Shown: positions 40,371-49,892 of the stretch, piece by piece | Layout of the letters: the number at the start of each line of letters is the position of its first letter | Numbering within the stretch: the stretch's first letter is position 1 | NCBI GenBank assembly: GCA_963675295.2 | Contig: CAXXKJ010000002.1 | Coordinates: forward strand, 2,976,001-3,040,000 | Length of the DNA stretch: 64,000 nucleotides | Reading direction: 5' to 3' | Source: a bacterium | GTDB taxonomy: Bacteria; Electryoneota; Electryoneia; Electryoneales; Electryoneaceae | Position numbers and translations under genes: made by a program | Notes under the pieces: generated by a model | Databases searched by the model: none | Told to the model about the DNA's origin: nothing | The model's input: only the letters and a program-made list of their open reading frames with translations

Positions 40371-40798
40371 TCCTGCGGCTTTGGTTCAGAGCTGGATGAC
40401 GATTCCGGGTGAGAGCTGTCGCTTTCGCCCGTTTTCGTTTGCGGAGTCTTGTACGGCGCGGGATCGTCGGGCCGGCGTTGCGGTTCGATCGCATCCGGGT
40501 ACGGAAGCTCTGGCGGGACGTACTCGCCGTCGGCGTCCGGTTGCGGGTCACGGGACGCGGTGGGATTATCCGGCTTTCGTGGTCCGCGGATCGGGTTACC
40601 CTTCATCGCGGACGCGGCTTCCTTCATTTCCTCTTCGATGCCGATGCGGTTGATTTCACGGCGGACCTCATTCAACGAGCGGCGCATCGTTGAGGACCAT
40701 TTCCCCATCATGCGCGCCACACGTGGCAATTCCTTTCCGCCGAACAACAGCAGCACGACGAACAGGATGAGCAGAACTTCACCGCCGCCGGGAAACAC
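40367..40798 (-). CDS. tatA: Twin-arginine translocase TatA/TatB-family subunit
   Basis: GGGEVLLILFVVLLLFGGKELP..AR..GK; long Pro/acidic tail suggests a TatB-like subunit. Confidence 0.8.
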   Translation of the reverse strand: MFPGGGEVLLILFVVLLLFGGKELPRVARMMGKWSSTMRRSLNEVRREINRIGIEEEMKEAASAMKGNPIRGPRKPDNPTASRDPQPDADGEYVPPELPYPDAIEPQRRPDDPAPYKTPQTKTGESDSSHPESSSSSEPKPQD

Positions 40799-40801
40799 GG
40801 A

Positions 40802-41908
40802 TTACGCCTTCCGTTCGGGGTTATCGTCAACGTCTCCGGCCGGGCCGGTTTCGTCACCATCAGTGGTATCGTCATCGCCGGACTCATCGGGCTCGTGCCC
40901 TTCGGGCGGGTCGAGTTCCCCGCGTTCCTTCATCCGGCGGATGCGTTCATCCCTAATATCCTCAACCGTGAGGCCACGCGCCTCTTTCTTCACCGGTTGC
41001 GGCTCGGAGGGTGATTCGGTAGATACGGTTGCGGTGTCGCGTGGAACGGTGTTGACGTCGTCCTCGAGGTCGGAATCGTCCTCCTCGGGCTCGTTGCTGC
41101 CGGAGTCCGCGCCTGAACCATCCCCTTCTCCATCGCCGTCGCTGTCGCCATCATCCGACATGAACTCCTCGCGTTTCTTCTCGTACTGTTTCCGCGCGAC
41201 AATAGCGAGCAGGATACTGGCTTCGTAAAGGATGACCATCGGCAACGTGAGCACTGCCTGAGTGAAGACATCCGGCGGAGTGATCAGCGCGGCAAGGATG
41301 AGGAAGGTGATGATCGCGTGCCGGCGGTATTTGCGCAGGAACGGCGGCGTGACCACGCCGAAGCGCGCGAGGAAGTAGATCAGCAGCGGTAGTTCGAAGA
41401 CAACGCCGAATGCGAGCAGCAGCCGGAGGACAAAATCGACATATTTCCCCAGCGACCACGCGTTCTGGATTTCCTGCGTACCGAAGCTGAGGAAAAAGCG
41501 GGTGGCGTACGGCAGCACGTACATCGAGAACGCCGCCCCGGTGATGAACAGCAGGCTGGAGAAGAACACGACCGGCATCACCAGCTTGCGCTCGTGCTCG
41601 AACAACCCGGGCGCGACGAACGCCCAGACCTGGTAGAAGACCCACGGCGCGGCGGCGACCAGTCCGGCGACAAACGCGATTTTTAGCCGGACGATGAACC
41701 CTTCCGCAGGCGCGAGCAGGGCGAGGCTGGCGGAGGTTTCATTCTCGAACGGTATCAGCAACCAGCCCTGAAAAATCGGGGCAAAATAGTAGCAAACAGC
41801 AGCAGCGAGCATGATCCCGGCCAGCGCGCGCCACAGGGACGACCGCAGTTCGTCGAGATGATCGAAGAACGTCATCTCTGCGGGATTCTTTTTCTCGCGT
41901 TTGCTCAT
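40802..41908 (-). CDS. tatC: Twin-arginine translocase subunit TatC with long acidic C-terminal tail
   Basis: [34 protein letters not shown]. Confidence 0.93.
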   Translation of the reverse strand: MSKREKKNPAEMTFFDHLDELRSSLWRALAGIMLAAAVCYYFAPIFQGWLLIPFENETSASLALLAPAEGFIVRLKIAFVAGLVAAAPWVFYQVWAFVAPGLFEHERKLVMPVVFFSSLLFITGAAFSMYVLPYATRFFLSFGTQEIQNAWSLGKYVDFVLRLLLAFGVVFELPLLIYFLARFGVVTPPFLRKYRRHAIITFLILAALITPPDVFTQAVLTLPMVILYEASILLAIVARKQYEKKREEFMSDDGDSDGDGEGDGSGADSGSNEPEEDDSDLEDDVNTVPRDTATVSTESPSEPQPVKKEARGLTVEDIRDERIRRMKERGELDPPEGHEPDESGDDDTTDGDETGPAGDVDDNPERKA

Positions 41909-42600
41909 GCGTTCACGAATTGACTGATCACCGACTCGAAGATCGCCCGTCCGTCATCGTGGACGATCAACGCGTCGCAGCGGCGTTCCGGGTGCGGCAT
42001 CATGCCAAGCACGTTCCCGCCTTCGTTAATGATACCGGCGATGTTGTTCACCGATCCGTTCGGGTTGGACGCTTCGTCCACCTCCCCGCTCAACGAACAG
42101 TAGCGGAAGAGGACGCCGTTACGGTCTTCAAGCCGTTTCAGCTCATCTTCGGCGAGGAAGTACGATCCTTCGTGGTGCGCGATCGGGATGCGCAGCACTT
42201 GGTTCGGCGTGCATGCGCTGGTGAAACGGGTGTCGGTGCGTTCAACACGGACCGGCTGGTCCTGGCAGATGAATCGCAGACTGTGGTTCTGCCGCAATGC
42301 GCCCGGCAGCAGACCGGATTCGGTCAGCATCTGGAAGCCGTTGCAGATGCCGATCACGATCCCGCCTTTGTTTGCAAAGGCGATGACCTCGTTCATCACC
42401 GGGCTGAAGCGTGCGATGGCACCGGAGCGGAGGTAGTCCCCGTAGGAGAATCCACCCGGCAGCAGGATACCGTCGACATCGCCGAGCTCGGTTTCCTTGT
42501 GCCAGATGAAGCGCACGTCCTGGCCGAACCCACGGCTTAGTACGTCATAGGCGTCACGGTCGCAATTGGAGCCGGGAAAGACAATCACACCCCACTTCAT
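41905..42600 (-). CDS. purQ: Phosphoribosylformylglycinamidine synthase subunit PurQ
   Basis: [37 protein letters not shown]. Confidence 0.96.
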   Translation of the reverse strand: MKWGVIVFPGSNCDRDAYDVLSRGFGQDVRFIWHKETELGDVDGILLPGGFSYGDYLRSGAIARFSPVMNEVIAFANKGGIVIGICNGFQMLTESGLLPGALRQNHSLRFICQDQPVRVERTDTRFTSACTPNQVLRIPIAHHEGSYFLAEDELKRLEDRNGVLFRYCSLSGEVDEASNPNGSVNNIAGIINEGGNVLGMMPHPERRCDALIVHDDGRAIFESVISQFVNA

Positions 42601-42848
42601 GCGCTCTCCCCGGCGACATGGACCTTGAAGCCCTCAACGTTTTCGTTGGCCAGCAAGGTGTCCGCCATCTCTTCGGCACGCTTGATCGCGGTGGCTTCGT
42701 CCGTCTCGTTGACGTCGAGCACGATCCGTTTGCCAACGCGAACACCGTTCACTTCGTCATAGCCGAGCTGATGCAGAGCCTGCATCACGGCTTTGCCCTG
42801 CGGATCGAGGATGCCCTCTTTCGGCATGACTTCGACAATCACTTTCAT
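42597..42848 (-). CDS. purS: FGAM synthase subunit PurS
   Basis: ILDPQG.A, VRVGK, LLAN. Confidence 0.93.
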   Translation of the reverse strand: MKVIVEVMPKEGILDPQGKAVMQALHQLGYDEVNGVRVGKRIVLDVNETDEATAIKRAEEMADTLLANENVEGFKVHVAGESA

Positions 42849-42852
42849 GGTA

Positions 42853-43539
42853 TCACTCTCCGGGACGGTCAGAGTCCTCTTGCAGACGGTGGAATTTGTG
42901 CATCAGGGATGGCCCGAGGAAGGCGTACACGACCATCAATGACAGCGCCGCGAGACCGGGCGACAGGAAGAACAGGACGATATGCACACCCCAGATCAGG
43001 AATGTCAACGGCCGGGATAGTAACCCCAGCGACGGATGTGTCAGCTTGCCGTACGGCAATTTGCACACGGCCAGCGATGAGAACGCGGCGGCGGTCACGG
43101 GCGGAAGCCACGCAAGAAATCTGTGTTTCTGAGCCAGGGCACAGGACCCGGTCACCGCGATCGCGGTCGCCGGGGACGGCATGCCGGTGAACCAGCCCGG
43201 TCCTCCGCCACCGGAGGCAAACCGGAACAGCCGGAACAGAATTGATGCCGGGTACAGCCAGCCGAGGAACCGGTACGATTTCGCCTTGTTCAGGGACAGC
43301 AGCATGAATGCCGGTACGAGGCCGAAGCTGGTCATGTCGGCGGTGGAATCGAGCTCGCTGCCGCGCCGCCCGACGGAGCCGCTTCGGCGTGCCGCCCAAC
43401 CGTCGAGGACGTCCAGAATTCCGGCAACGATCATCGCGATCACCGCAGCGCCGGACTTTTTCTTGCGAAACAATGCCAGGCTGATCAGGCCGGAGCCAAC
43501 ATTGCCGAGGGTGAACCAGGTCGCGGTGTTGCGATTCAC
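42853..43539 (-). CDS. pssA: CDP-alcohol phosphatidyltransferase (phosphatidylserine synthase-like)
   Basis: FTLGN, DVLDGWAAR...G.ELDSTAD..SFG, RL.RF, FTGMPSP; adjacent to psd. Confidence 0.8.
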   Translation of the reverse strand: MNRNTATWFTLGNVGSGLISLALFRKKKSGAAVIAMIVAGILDVLDGWAARRSGSVGRRGSELDSTADMTSFGLVPAFMLLSLNKAKSYRFLGWLYPASILFRLFRFASGGGGPGWFTGMPSPATAIAVTGSCALAQKHRFLAWLPPVTAAAFSSLAVCKLPYGKLTHPSLGLLSRPLTFLIWGVHIVLFFLSPGLAALSLMVVYAFLGPSLMHKFHRLQEDSDRPGE

Positions 43540-44204
43540 TGTGGATCACCCCCGTCTGGCGCGGACATTGGTGCGTCCCTGCCGCTGCCTTCCGCGACAA
43601 CGGTGACGCCTCCGAACACCTTCTCCCCCACGCCAACTTTCACCTTCATGCCCGGCGGGAGAATGATTTCGCTGCGTGAGCCGAAGCGCACGAATCCGAT
43701 CCGTTGACCGGCGAGGATCTCTTCGCCAAGCTCCAGCGGCAAGACGATGCGGCGCGCAATCATGCCGGAGATGGCGGAAAACTGCAGCGGCCCGTGCATC
43801 GTCATCATGTCGACAGTGACACGCTGGTTCACGTTTACCGATTCTTCTTTCGCCGCGGAGACAAACTTGCCGGGAATGAACTCGTAGCCGGTGATGATCC
43901 CGGTGGCGGGCGAACGCAACGCATGCACGTTCAGCAGCGAGAGGTAAACTTCGATTTTCACCCGACCGTCGTTCATCGGGATAATGTCGGTGATGACACC
44001 ATCCGAGACGGAAACGACGGTCTGCGGGTCGGGCTGTGGCCGTGCGGGATCGCGGAAAAAGTAGAGCATTGACATCCACAGCAACAAAAAGAGCCCGGCA
44101 GGTATGAACAGCCAGGCTTTCTTGCGCCAGATCCCGAAAAACGCGCTGCCGAGGAACAGCAGCATCGGGAGGATGACAAACCAGAATCCTTCCGCGGCAA
44201 TCAT
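43536..44204 (-). CDS. psd: Phosphatidylserine decarboxylase proenzyme
   Basis: FFRDP.R, LNVH, G.IARRI, RFGSR self-cleavage motif. Confidence 0.88.
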   Translation of the reverse strand: MIAAEGFWFVILPMLLFLGSAFFGIWRKKAWLFIPAGLFLLLWMSMLYFFRDPARPQPDPQTVVSVSDGVITDIIPMNDGRVKIEVYLSLLNVHALRSPATGIITGYEFIPGKFVSAAKEESVNVNQRVTVDMMTMHGPLQFSAISGMIARRIVLPLELGEEILAGQRIGFVRFGSRSEIILPPGMKVKVGVGEKVFGGVTVVAEGSGRDAPMSAPDGGDPQ

Positions 44205-44214
44205 CGTCGTGAAC

Positions 44215-44922
44215 CTATGCTGAGACGATCCGTTCCAGCAATTCCTGGTAGACCTTGTCCACTCGCCCCATATCGTAGCGGAACCGGTCCTTGTCCATCT
44301 TCTTGTTGGTCTTGCGGTCCCAGATGCGGCAGGTGTCGGGGCTGACCTCGTCCGCGATCAGGATATTGCGATCATGCTTGCCGAACTCGAGCTTGAAGTC
44401 GACGAGCATCAGGCTGCGGCGGTCGAAGAATGATTTCAGGATCGCGTTGACCTTGGACGCGATGCGGCTGATCATCTTCATCTCTTCCGGCGTCGCGTGA
44501 CCCATCGCGTACGCGTGGTGTTCGTTGATCATCGGATCGCCGAGCCGGTCGCTCTTGAGGCGGTATTCGATGATCGGGTACTTGAGCGTGCTGCCTTCTT
44601 CGAGGTCATAGGTTTTCGCGAGGCTGGCGGTGGCGACATTACGCACCACGACCTCGATTGGAATCATCTCGAGCCGGCGCACCAACATCTCGTTGTCGCT
44701 CAGTTTGCGGGCGAAATGCGTGCCGACGTGGTAGTTCTCGAGGTACTGGAAGAGGTACGTGGACACCGAGTTGCAGAGCGCACCCTTTCCGTCGAAGCGG
44801 CCACGTTTCGTGCCATGGAAGGCGGTGAGCTCATCCTTGAACACCATGATGAGCTGATTGACGTCTTCGGTAATGAACAGCTGTTTGGCCTTACCTTCGT
44901 AGAGAAGATCCTTCCGTTCCAA
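44215..44922 (-). CDS. purC: SAICAR synthetase
   Basis: LYEGKAK, IPIEVVVRN, VDFKLEFG, ADEVSPDTCRIWD. Confidence 0.96.
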   Translation of the reverse strand: MERKDLLYEGKAKQLFITEDVNQLIMVFKDELTAFHGTKRGRFDGKGALCNSVSTYLFQYLENYHVGTHFARKLSDNEMLVRRLEMIPIEVVVRNVATASLAKTYDLEEGSTLKYPIIEYRLKSDRLGDPMINEHHAYAMGHATPEEMKMISRIASKVNAILKSFFDRRSLMLVDFKLEFGKHDRNILIADEVSPDTCRIWDRKTNKKMDKDRFRYDMGRVDKVYQELLERIVSA

Positions 44923-44957
44923 CGTATATCCTCCCGTAAGGAACTTCGAAACCGGGT

Positions 44958-46256
44958 TTATTCGGCGAACCCGATCCGCTGATAGATGGTGTTGGTGTGG
45001 CGCAGGGCATGGTGCACATCGAATGCCTGTTCGACCTGTTCCGTCCCGATACGTTCCACCAGCTCGCTGTCGGCGAGCGCGGCCTCCTTGACCGATGCGC
45101 CGCGATCGACGGCGTCATGCGCAATGCGCTGCACCAATGCGTACCCCTCCTCCCGGGTCAGCCCGGAACGCACCAGTGCGAGCAATAAACCTTCTGAAAA
45201 AACTGCGCCGCGAGTCAGGTCGAGCACTTCCTGCACTCGTTCTTCATCAACGACGAGGTTCTTCACCAGCCGTGTGGTCAGGTTGAGCAGATAATCCAAC
45301 GCGATGGTTGAATCCGGCAGGATCACCCGTTCTACGGAACTGTGCGAGATGTCTCGTTCATGCCACAGTGCGATGTCGTCGAATGCGGCGTGCATGTTGG
45401 CTCGCAGCAACCGCGCCATCCCGCAGATCTTTTCCGCGTTGATCGGGTTCCGCTTGTGCGGCATCGCGGAAGAACCCTTCTGCCCCTTGGCGAATCCTTC
45501 GCGCGCTTCCCTGACCTCGGTCCGTTGCAAATGCCGTACTTCCAGCGCAATGGATTCTAAGATGGAGCCAATTAACGAAATAGCCGCGAGGAAGTCCGCA
45601 TGACGGTCTCTCGAGACGATCTGCGAAGAGATCGGAGCGGCATTCAAACCCAGCTCCGCCATGACTTCCAGCTCCATTTCGGGGTCGAGATGGACATACA
45701 TCCCGACCGCCCCGGACAATTTCCCGGTGCAAACCCAGTCATATCCTGACGCGAGCCGCTGCTTTGCGCGATCAAGCTGTTCGTGGAACCGGGCCCAGCG
45801 CAATCCGAACGATACTGGTTCGGCGTGAACCCCGTGCGTCCGTCCGATAGACGGCAAATCCTTGTACTCCAGCGCCTTTTCGCGCAACGCCTCAAGCAGC
45901 GGATCAACACCGTCGAGCAGGATTTTTCCCGCCGCCTTGAGCTGCAACGCCAGCGCAGTGTCAAGCATGTCCGACGACGTCATACCGAGATGCACCCAAC
46001 GCGATGCTGGACCGACGTGTTCCGCAACGGACGTCAGGAACGCGATCACGTCGTGATGCGTGGTGCGTTCGATCTCGTCGATTCGAGCGATGTCGTAGCC
46101 GGCCTTGGCGTGAATCGCGTCACGGTCCTCCTGCGGAATGATGCCGCGTTTGGTCCACGCGTTGACCACGGCCAACTCGACCTGCAACCACGAATCATAT
46201 TTGCCTTTATCCGTCCAGATCGCACCGATTTCCGGGCGAGTGTAGCGATCAATCAT
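44958..46256 (-). CDS. purB: Adenylosuccinate lyase
   Basis: MIDRY, HDVIAF, GRTHGVHAEP, GSSAMPHKRNP, HERDISHSSVER. Confidence 0.96.
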   Translation of the reverse strand: MIDRYTRPEIGAIWTDKGKYDSWLQVELAVVNAWTKRGIIPQEDRDAIHAKAGYDIARIDEIERTTHHDVIAFLTSVAEHVGPASRWVHLGMTSSDMLDTALALQLKAAGKILLDGVDPLLEALREKALEYKDLPSIGRTHGVHAEPVSFGLRWARFHEQLDRAKQRLASGYDWVCTGKLSGAVGMYVHLDPEMELEVMAELGLNAAPISSQIVSRDRHADFLAAISLIGSILESIALEVRHLQRTEVREAREGFAKGQKGSSAMPHKRNPINAEKICGMARLLRANMHAAFDDIALWHERDISHSSVERVILPDSTIALDYLLNLTTRLVKNLVVDEERVQEVLDLTRGAVFSEGLLLALVRSGLTREEGYALVQRIAHDAVDRGASVKEAALADSELVERIGTEQVEQAFDVHHALRHTNTIYQRIGFAE

Positions 46257-47494
46257 GACTGAGGAACCTCCACCAACTGCATGTGCACCACTTCGGAATC
46301 ACCGTCACGGAAAATCTCAAAGTCAAGCACGTCACCGACGCGCAGGTCGTGGTTCTTGAAGTACCGGTCCAACGAGCGGATGCTTGCGATTTTGACTCCG
46401 TTCACCGCCATGATGATGTCGCCTGGCAGCATCCCGGCCTTGTCCGCCGGGCCGTCCGGTTCGATGCTCATCACGATCACACCCGCCAGCGACGGATAAC
46501 GCAGGCTGTTCGCCACCGGCCAGTTGAGGTTGTCGATCACCATACCGGTCCAGACTTCGTCATCGATCTCCGCACGTGCACGGAGGTTATCGACAACGTG
46601 CAGCACCGTCGGCGCCGGAATAGCGAACCCGATGCCGATGGAACCGGTGGACCCGTCGCCGCCGGTGAAGATAAACGTATTCACCCCGATGACCACACCC
46701 TCAGTGTTGATCAACGGTCCGCCGGAATTGCCCGGGTTGATCGCGGCGTCGGTCTGGATCATGTCGGTATACTGGCGGCCATCTTCCTGGCGATTGAACG
46801 TGCGCCCCAGCGCGGAGACGACACCCACCGACACACTCGGCTGATCATTCACCTTAAACAGGCCGAACGGGTTACCGATCGACATCACCCACTCACCGAC
46901 GAGCAAATCTTCCTCGTCCGCCACTCGCAGCCACGGCAAATCCCTGCCACTGACTTTCAGCAGCGCGATGTCGGTGTCGTAGTCCGTGCCGAGTACCTCA
47001 GCGGCAAAGGTACGGCCATCATTCAATGCGACGATGATTGAGTCGGCGTCGTTGACCACGTGCTCGTTGGTAACGATGTAGCCGTCCGGGGCGATGATGA
47101 ACCCGGAGCCGTAGTTTTCGATCTGCCGCTCGTAGATCCTTTGCGGGAAGAACCGGAAAAAGCGCTGGTAGAACGGATCATCGGCCATCGGGCTGCGCTG
47201 CCTTACGGTCCGTGTCTTGGTCACGGTTATGCCGACAACGGCCGGCGAGGCATCACGAATCGCCTCAGTGATCTCCGTCCGGCGGCCGACCGCGTGGACT
47301 TCCGGCAGCTCCTGCGACAGGTGTTCGTCGCGGAGCGTATCCGGAAGCTCGATCTGCTGCGAGATTTCCTCGACGGCAGACGGCCCGCGTTCCCAGCGGG
47401 TGCGTTCGATCTCCATCCCCGTCCACATCAAGCCGACGGCGATCGCACCGAACACGAACCCGAAGAGAAACCAGCGCCAGACCTTACTCTTCAA
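46253..47494 (-). CDS. HtrA/DegP-family serine protease with one PDZ domain
   Basis: GSGFII, TNEHV, DIALLK, IQTDAAINPGNSGGPL; N-terminal TM. Confidence 0.92.
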   Translation of the reverse strand: MKSKVWRWFLFGFVFGAIAVGLMWTGMEIERTRWERGPSAVEEISQQIELPDTLRDEHLSQELPEVHAVGRRTEITEAIRDASPAVVGITVTKTRTVRQRSPMADDPFYQRFFRFFPQRIYERQIENYGSGFIIAPDGYIVTNEHVVNDADSIIVALNDGRTFAAEVLGTDYDTDIALLKVSGRDLPWLRVADEEDLLVGEWVMSIGNPFGLFKVNDQPSVSVGVVSALGRTFNRQEDGRQYTDMIQTDAAINPGNSGGPLINTEGVVIGVNTFIFTGGDGSTGSIGIGFAIPAPTVLHVVDNLRARAEIDDEVWTGMVIDNLNWPVANSLRYPSLAGVIVMSIEPDGPADKAGMLPGDIIMAVNGVKIASIRSLDRYFKNHDLRVGDVLDFEIFRDGDSEVVHMQLVEVPQS

Positions 47495-47498
47495 CCGT

Positions 47499-48149
47499 TT
47501 ACCCCTTCTGCGGCGTCTTCTTCGCGTCCGCGAGGAATTTTTCCAGACCGATGTCGGTCAACGGGTGCTTCATCAACTGCTTGATCACGCCGAACGGCAC
47601 GGTCGCCACATCCGCGCCCATGCGGGCGGATTCGACCAGGTGGATCGGGTTGCGAACGCTGGCGACGAGAACTTCGGTCTCGAACATGTAGTTCGCGTAA
47701 ATCTGGACGATCGTGTCGATGAGCTCCATCCCGTCCTGGCTGATGTCGTCCAGCCGTCCGACGAACGGGCTGATGTATGCCGCGCCGGCCTTTGCCGCGA
47801 GCATCGCCTGCATTGGCGAGAAGCACAGCGTGTTGTTCACCTTGATGCCCCGATCGGAAAGCGACTTGGTCGCCTTCAGGCCGTCCAGGATCAACGGAAT
47901 CTTTATCACGACGTTATCGCCGTATTTCATCAGCTCTTCGGCTTCCCGGATCATGCCGTCGTAATCGGTCGCGAGGACTTCCAGCGACACCGGACCGTCG
48001 ACCATCTCGACGATTTCCTGCGCGACCTCCTCGAAAGTGCGGCCGGTCTTGGCGACGAGGGACGGGTTGGTGGTGACGCCGTCCAGCACGCCCATGTCCT
48101 TCGCTTCCTGAATCTCTCGAATGTCCGCCGAATCGATGAACAGCTTCAT
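47499..48149 (-). CDS. tal: Transaldolase / fructose-6-phosphate aldolase (FSA/TalC type)
   Basis: [43 protein letters not shown]. Confidence 0.9.
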   Translation of the reverse strand: MKLFIDSADIREIQEAKDMGVLDGVTTNPSLVAKTGRTFEEVAQEIVEMVDGPVSLEVLATDYDGMIREAEELMKYGDNVVIKIPLILDGLKATKSLSDRGIKVNNTLCFSPMQAMLAAKAGAAYISPFVGRLDDISQDGMELIDTIVQIYANYMFETEVLVASVRNPIHLVESARMGADVATVPFGVIKQLMKHPLTDIGLEKFLADAKKTPQKG

Positions 48150-48229
48150 CTGCTTCCTCAAGGCTAAGGTGGATCTGTCAGGTGAAAGTCTTTCCCGCCA
48201 TTCGGCGTCAGAAAGAGCTAAAATACATA

Positions 48230-49018
48230 TCAGGGTTGAGCAAGATAGCCGTCCCACAGAGAGGCCGGGGGGTGATCGAGACGGTCATCTTCGTCATATA
48301 CCACCCGCAACAAGGCCAGTCCCTGCGGTGGTGCCGGAGGCGGCACCCGCCCCTCTCCGGCGTTCAGCGCCGCGATCAGCGGCTCACGCTCCGCTGTCCC
48401 ATTCGCCAGCGCGACAATCGCCCCGGTCAGGGTACGCACCAGCCGCCGGATAAAGCGGTCGGCCTCGATGATCATCACCCAGCCGAACGCGTCTTCCCGC
48501 CACAGGATGCGCCGCACGTCGCAGATGGTACTCTCATCCGCCTCCGGGCTGGTCGCGTATGCCCGGAAATCGTGCTTGCCGAGAAACAACCTGGATGCGT
48601 CGTCCAGCTTCGCCGGATCGAACCGTGTGTCGACTGGCCAACCGTACCGTCTCAGGTACAGGTCCGGCGTTCTCAGCAGACGGTACGCGTAGGTCCGGCC
48701 GCGTGCGTCGAACCGGGCGTGGAAATCGTCCGCGACCGTCCGGGCCCGCCAGACGTGTACATCGTCCGGCAGCAGCGAATTCATCGCCTTGACGATGACC
48801 TTATCCTCCCGCTCGACCGGCGCGTCGTAATGAATCACCTGCATCACCGCGTGCACACCGGCGTCAGTGCGGCCGGATGCGTAGGTGCGTGTTTCCAGCC
48901 CGCCGTGGAACTGCGTCAGCGCGCTCTCGACCTCGCCCTGGATGGTGCGTCCGGACGGCTGTATCTGCCAGCCGAGGAAGTCGGTGCCATCGTAGGACAG
49001 GTTGAGACGAACGCGCAT
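48230..49018 (-). CDS. truA: tRNA pseudouridine(38-40) synthase
   Basis: [34 protein letters not shown]. Confidence 0.94.
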   Translation of the reverse strand: MRVRLNLSYDGTDFLGWQIQPSGRTIQGEVESALTQFHGGLETRTYASGRTDAGVHAVMQVIHYDAPVEREDKVIVKAMNSLLPDDVHVWRARTVADDFHARFDARGRTYAYRLLRTPDLYLRRYGWPVDTRFDPAKLDDASRLFLGKHDFRAYATSPEADESTICDVRRILWREDAFGWVMIIEADRFIRRLVRTLTGAIVALANGTAEREPLIAALNAGEGRVPPPAPPQGLALLRVVYDEDDRLDHPPASLWDGYLAQP

Positions 49019-49073
49019 CGGGCAGGGTGCTCCAGTTGCTGCGAATCACTGGGAAGATAACCGCAATCTCGAG

Positions 49074-49892
49074 TCAGGCAAATGCCGCGAGCACCCCCCA
49101 CAACGCCAGCGGCAACATTGACGCCAGCGTGATCATGGTATCCGCGCCGCGCCAGTCAGAGAGCCCGTACCGAGTTCGCACCGCTCGCGGATCATACCCA
49201 CGCAGGACCAGCGTTTCCGCGAGATCGTCCGCCCGGCGTAATGCATTCGCCAGCAACGGGATAAACAACGGAATCCACGCCTTCACCCGTGACAGTACAC
49301 CCTTGCCTGGATCCCAGCCACGCGCACGCAGGGCTTTGCGCAGTGTCAGCGCCTCTTCGTACAGCGTCGGCACGAATCGCAATGTCATCCCTAGTAGCAG
49401 GGAGAACGATCCGACCGGAATGTTCAGCCGTGCCAGCGGGGACAGCAGCACATCCATCGCGCGGATCGCTTCCAGCGCCGTAACCGCCAGCGACAAGGTG
49501 ACACCGAGCAGCACCAGTGCCGACAACCGTCCCGCGAGTAATCCACCGTTGATCAATCCTTCTCGGGTCAGGTTCCACTCCAAACCGGGGACAGTCCACA
49601 AAATGTGTCCGGGCGTGGTGAACGCGTGCAGCAGCAGCGTCAACCCCAGCATCCACGCAACCGCGACCAGTCCCAGCGCCAGGCGGGCCAATGGTGGTTT
49701 GCCGGCGTACACGAAGCCGCCGATGAACACCGCGACCAGCGCCAGCCCCCACCCAAGCGGCAGCATCACCGTCTGGATGATGAGCAGCAGACCCACGAGC
49801 AAACGGGCTCGCGGGTCGAAACGTTTCAGCGGAGCGGTCGCGTTGTCCCACGCGCCAGACTCTCCGGCCGATATGGCGGCAGCCTCACTCAC
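49074..49892 (-). CDS. ecfT: Energy-coupling factor transporter T component
   Basis: DPRARL, LRFVP.L.EE...A.RARG, R.A..LAE.L.LRGY (two XRX motifs). GTG start at 49892 overlaps the upstream stop. Confidence 0.85.
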   Translation of the reverse strand: MSEAAAISAGESGAWDNATAPLKRFDPRARLLVGLLLIIQTVMLPLGWGLALVAVFIGGFVYAGKPPLARLALGLVAVAWMLGLTLLLHAFTTPGHILWTVPGLEWNLTREGLINGGLLAGRLSALVLLGVTLSLAVTALEAIRAMDVLLSPLARLNIPVGSFSLLLGMTLRFVPTLYEEALTLRKALRARGWDPGKGVLSRVKAWIPLFIPLLANALRRADDLAETLVLRGYDPRAVRTRYGLSDWRGADTMITLASMLPLALWGVLAAFA

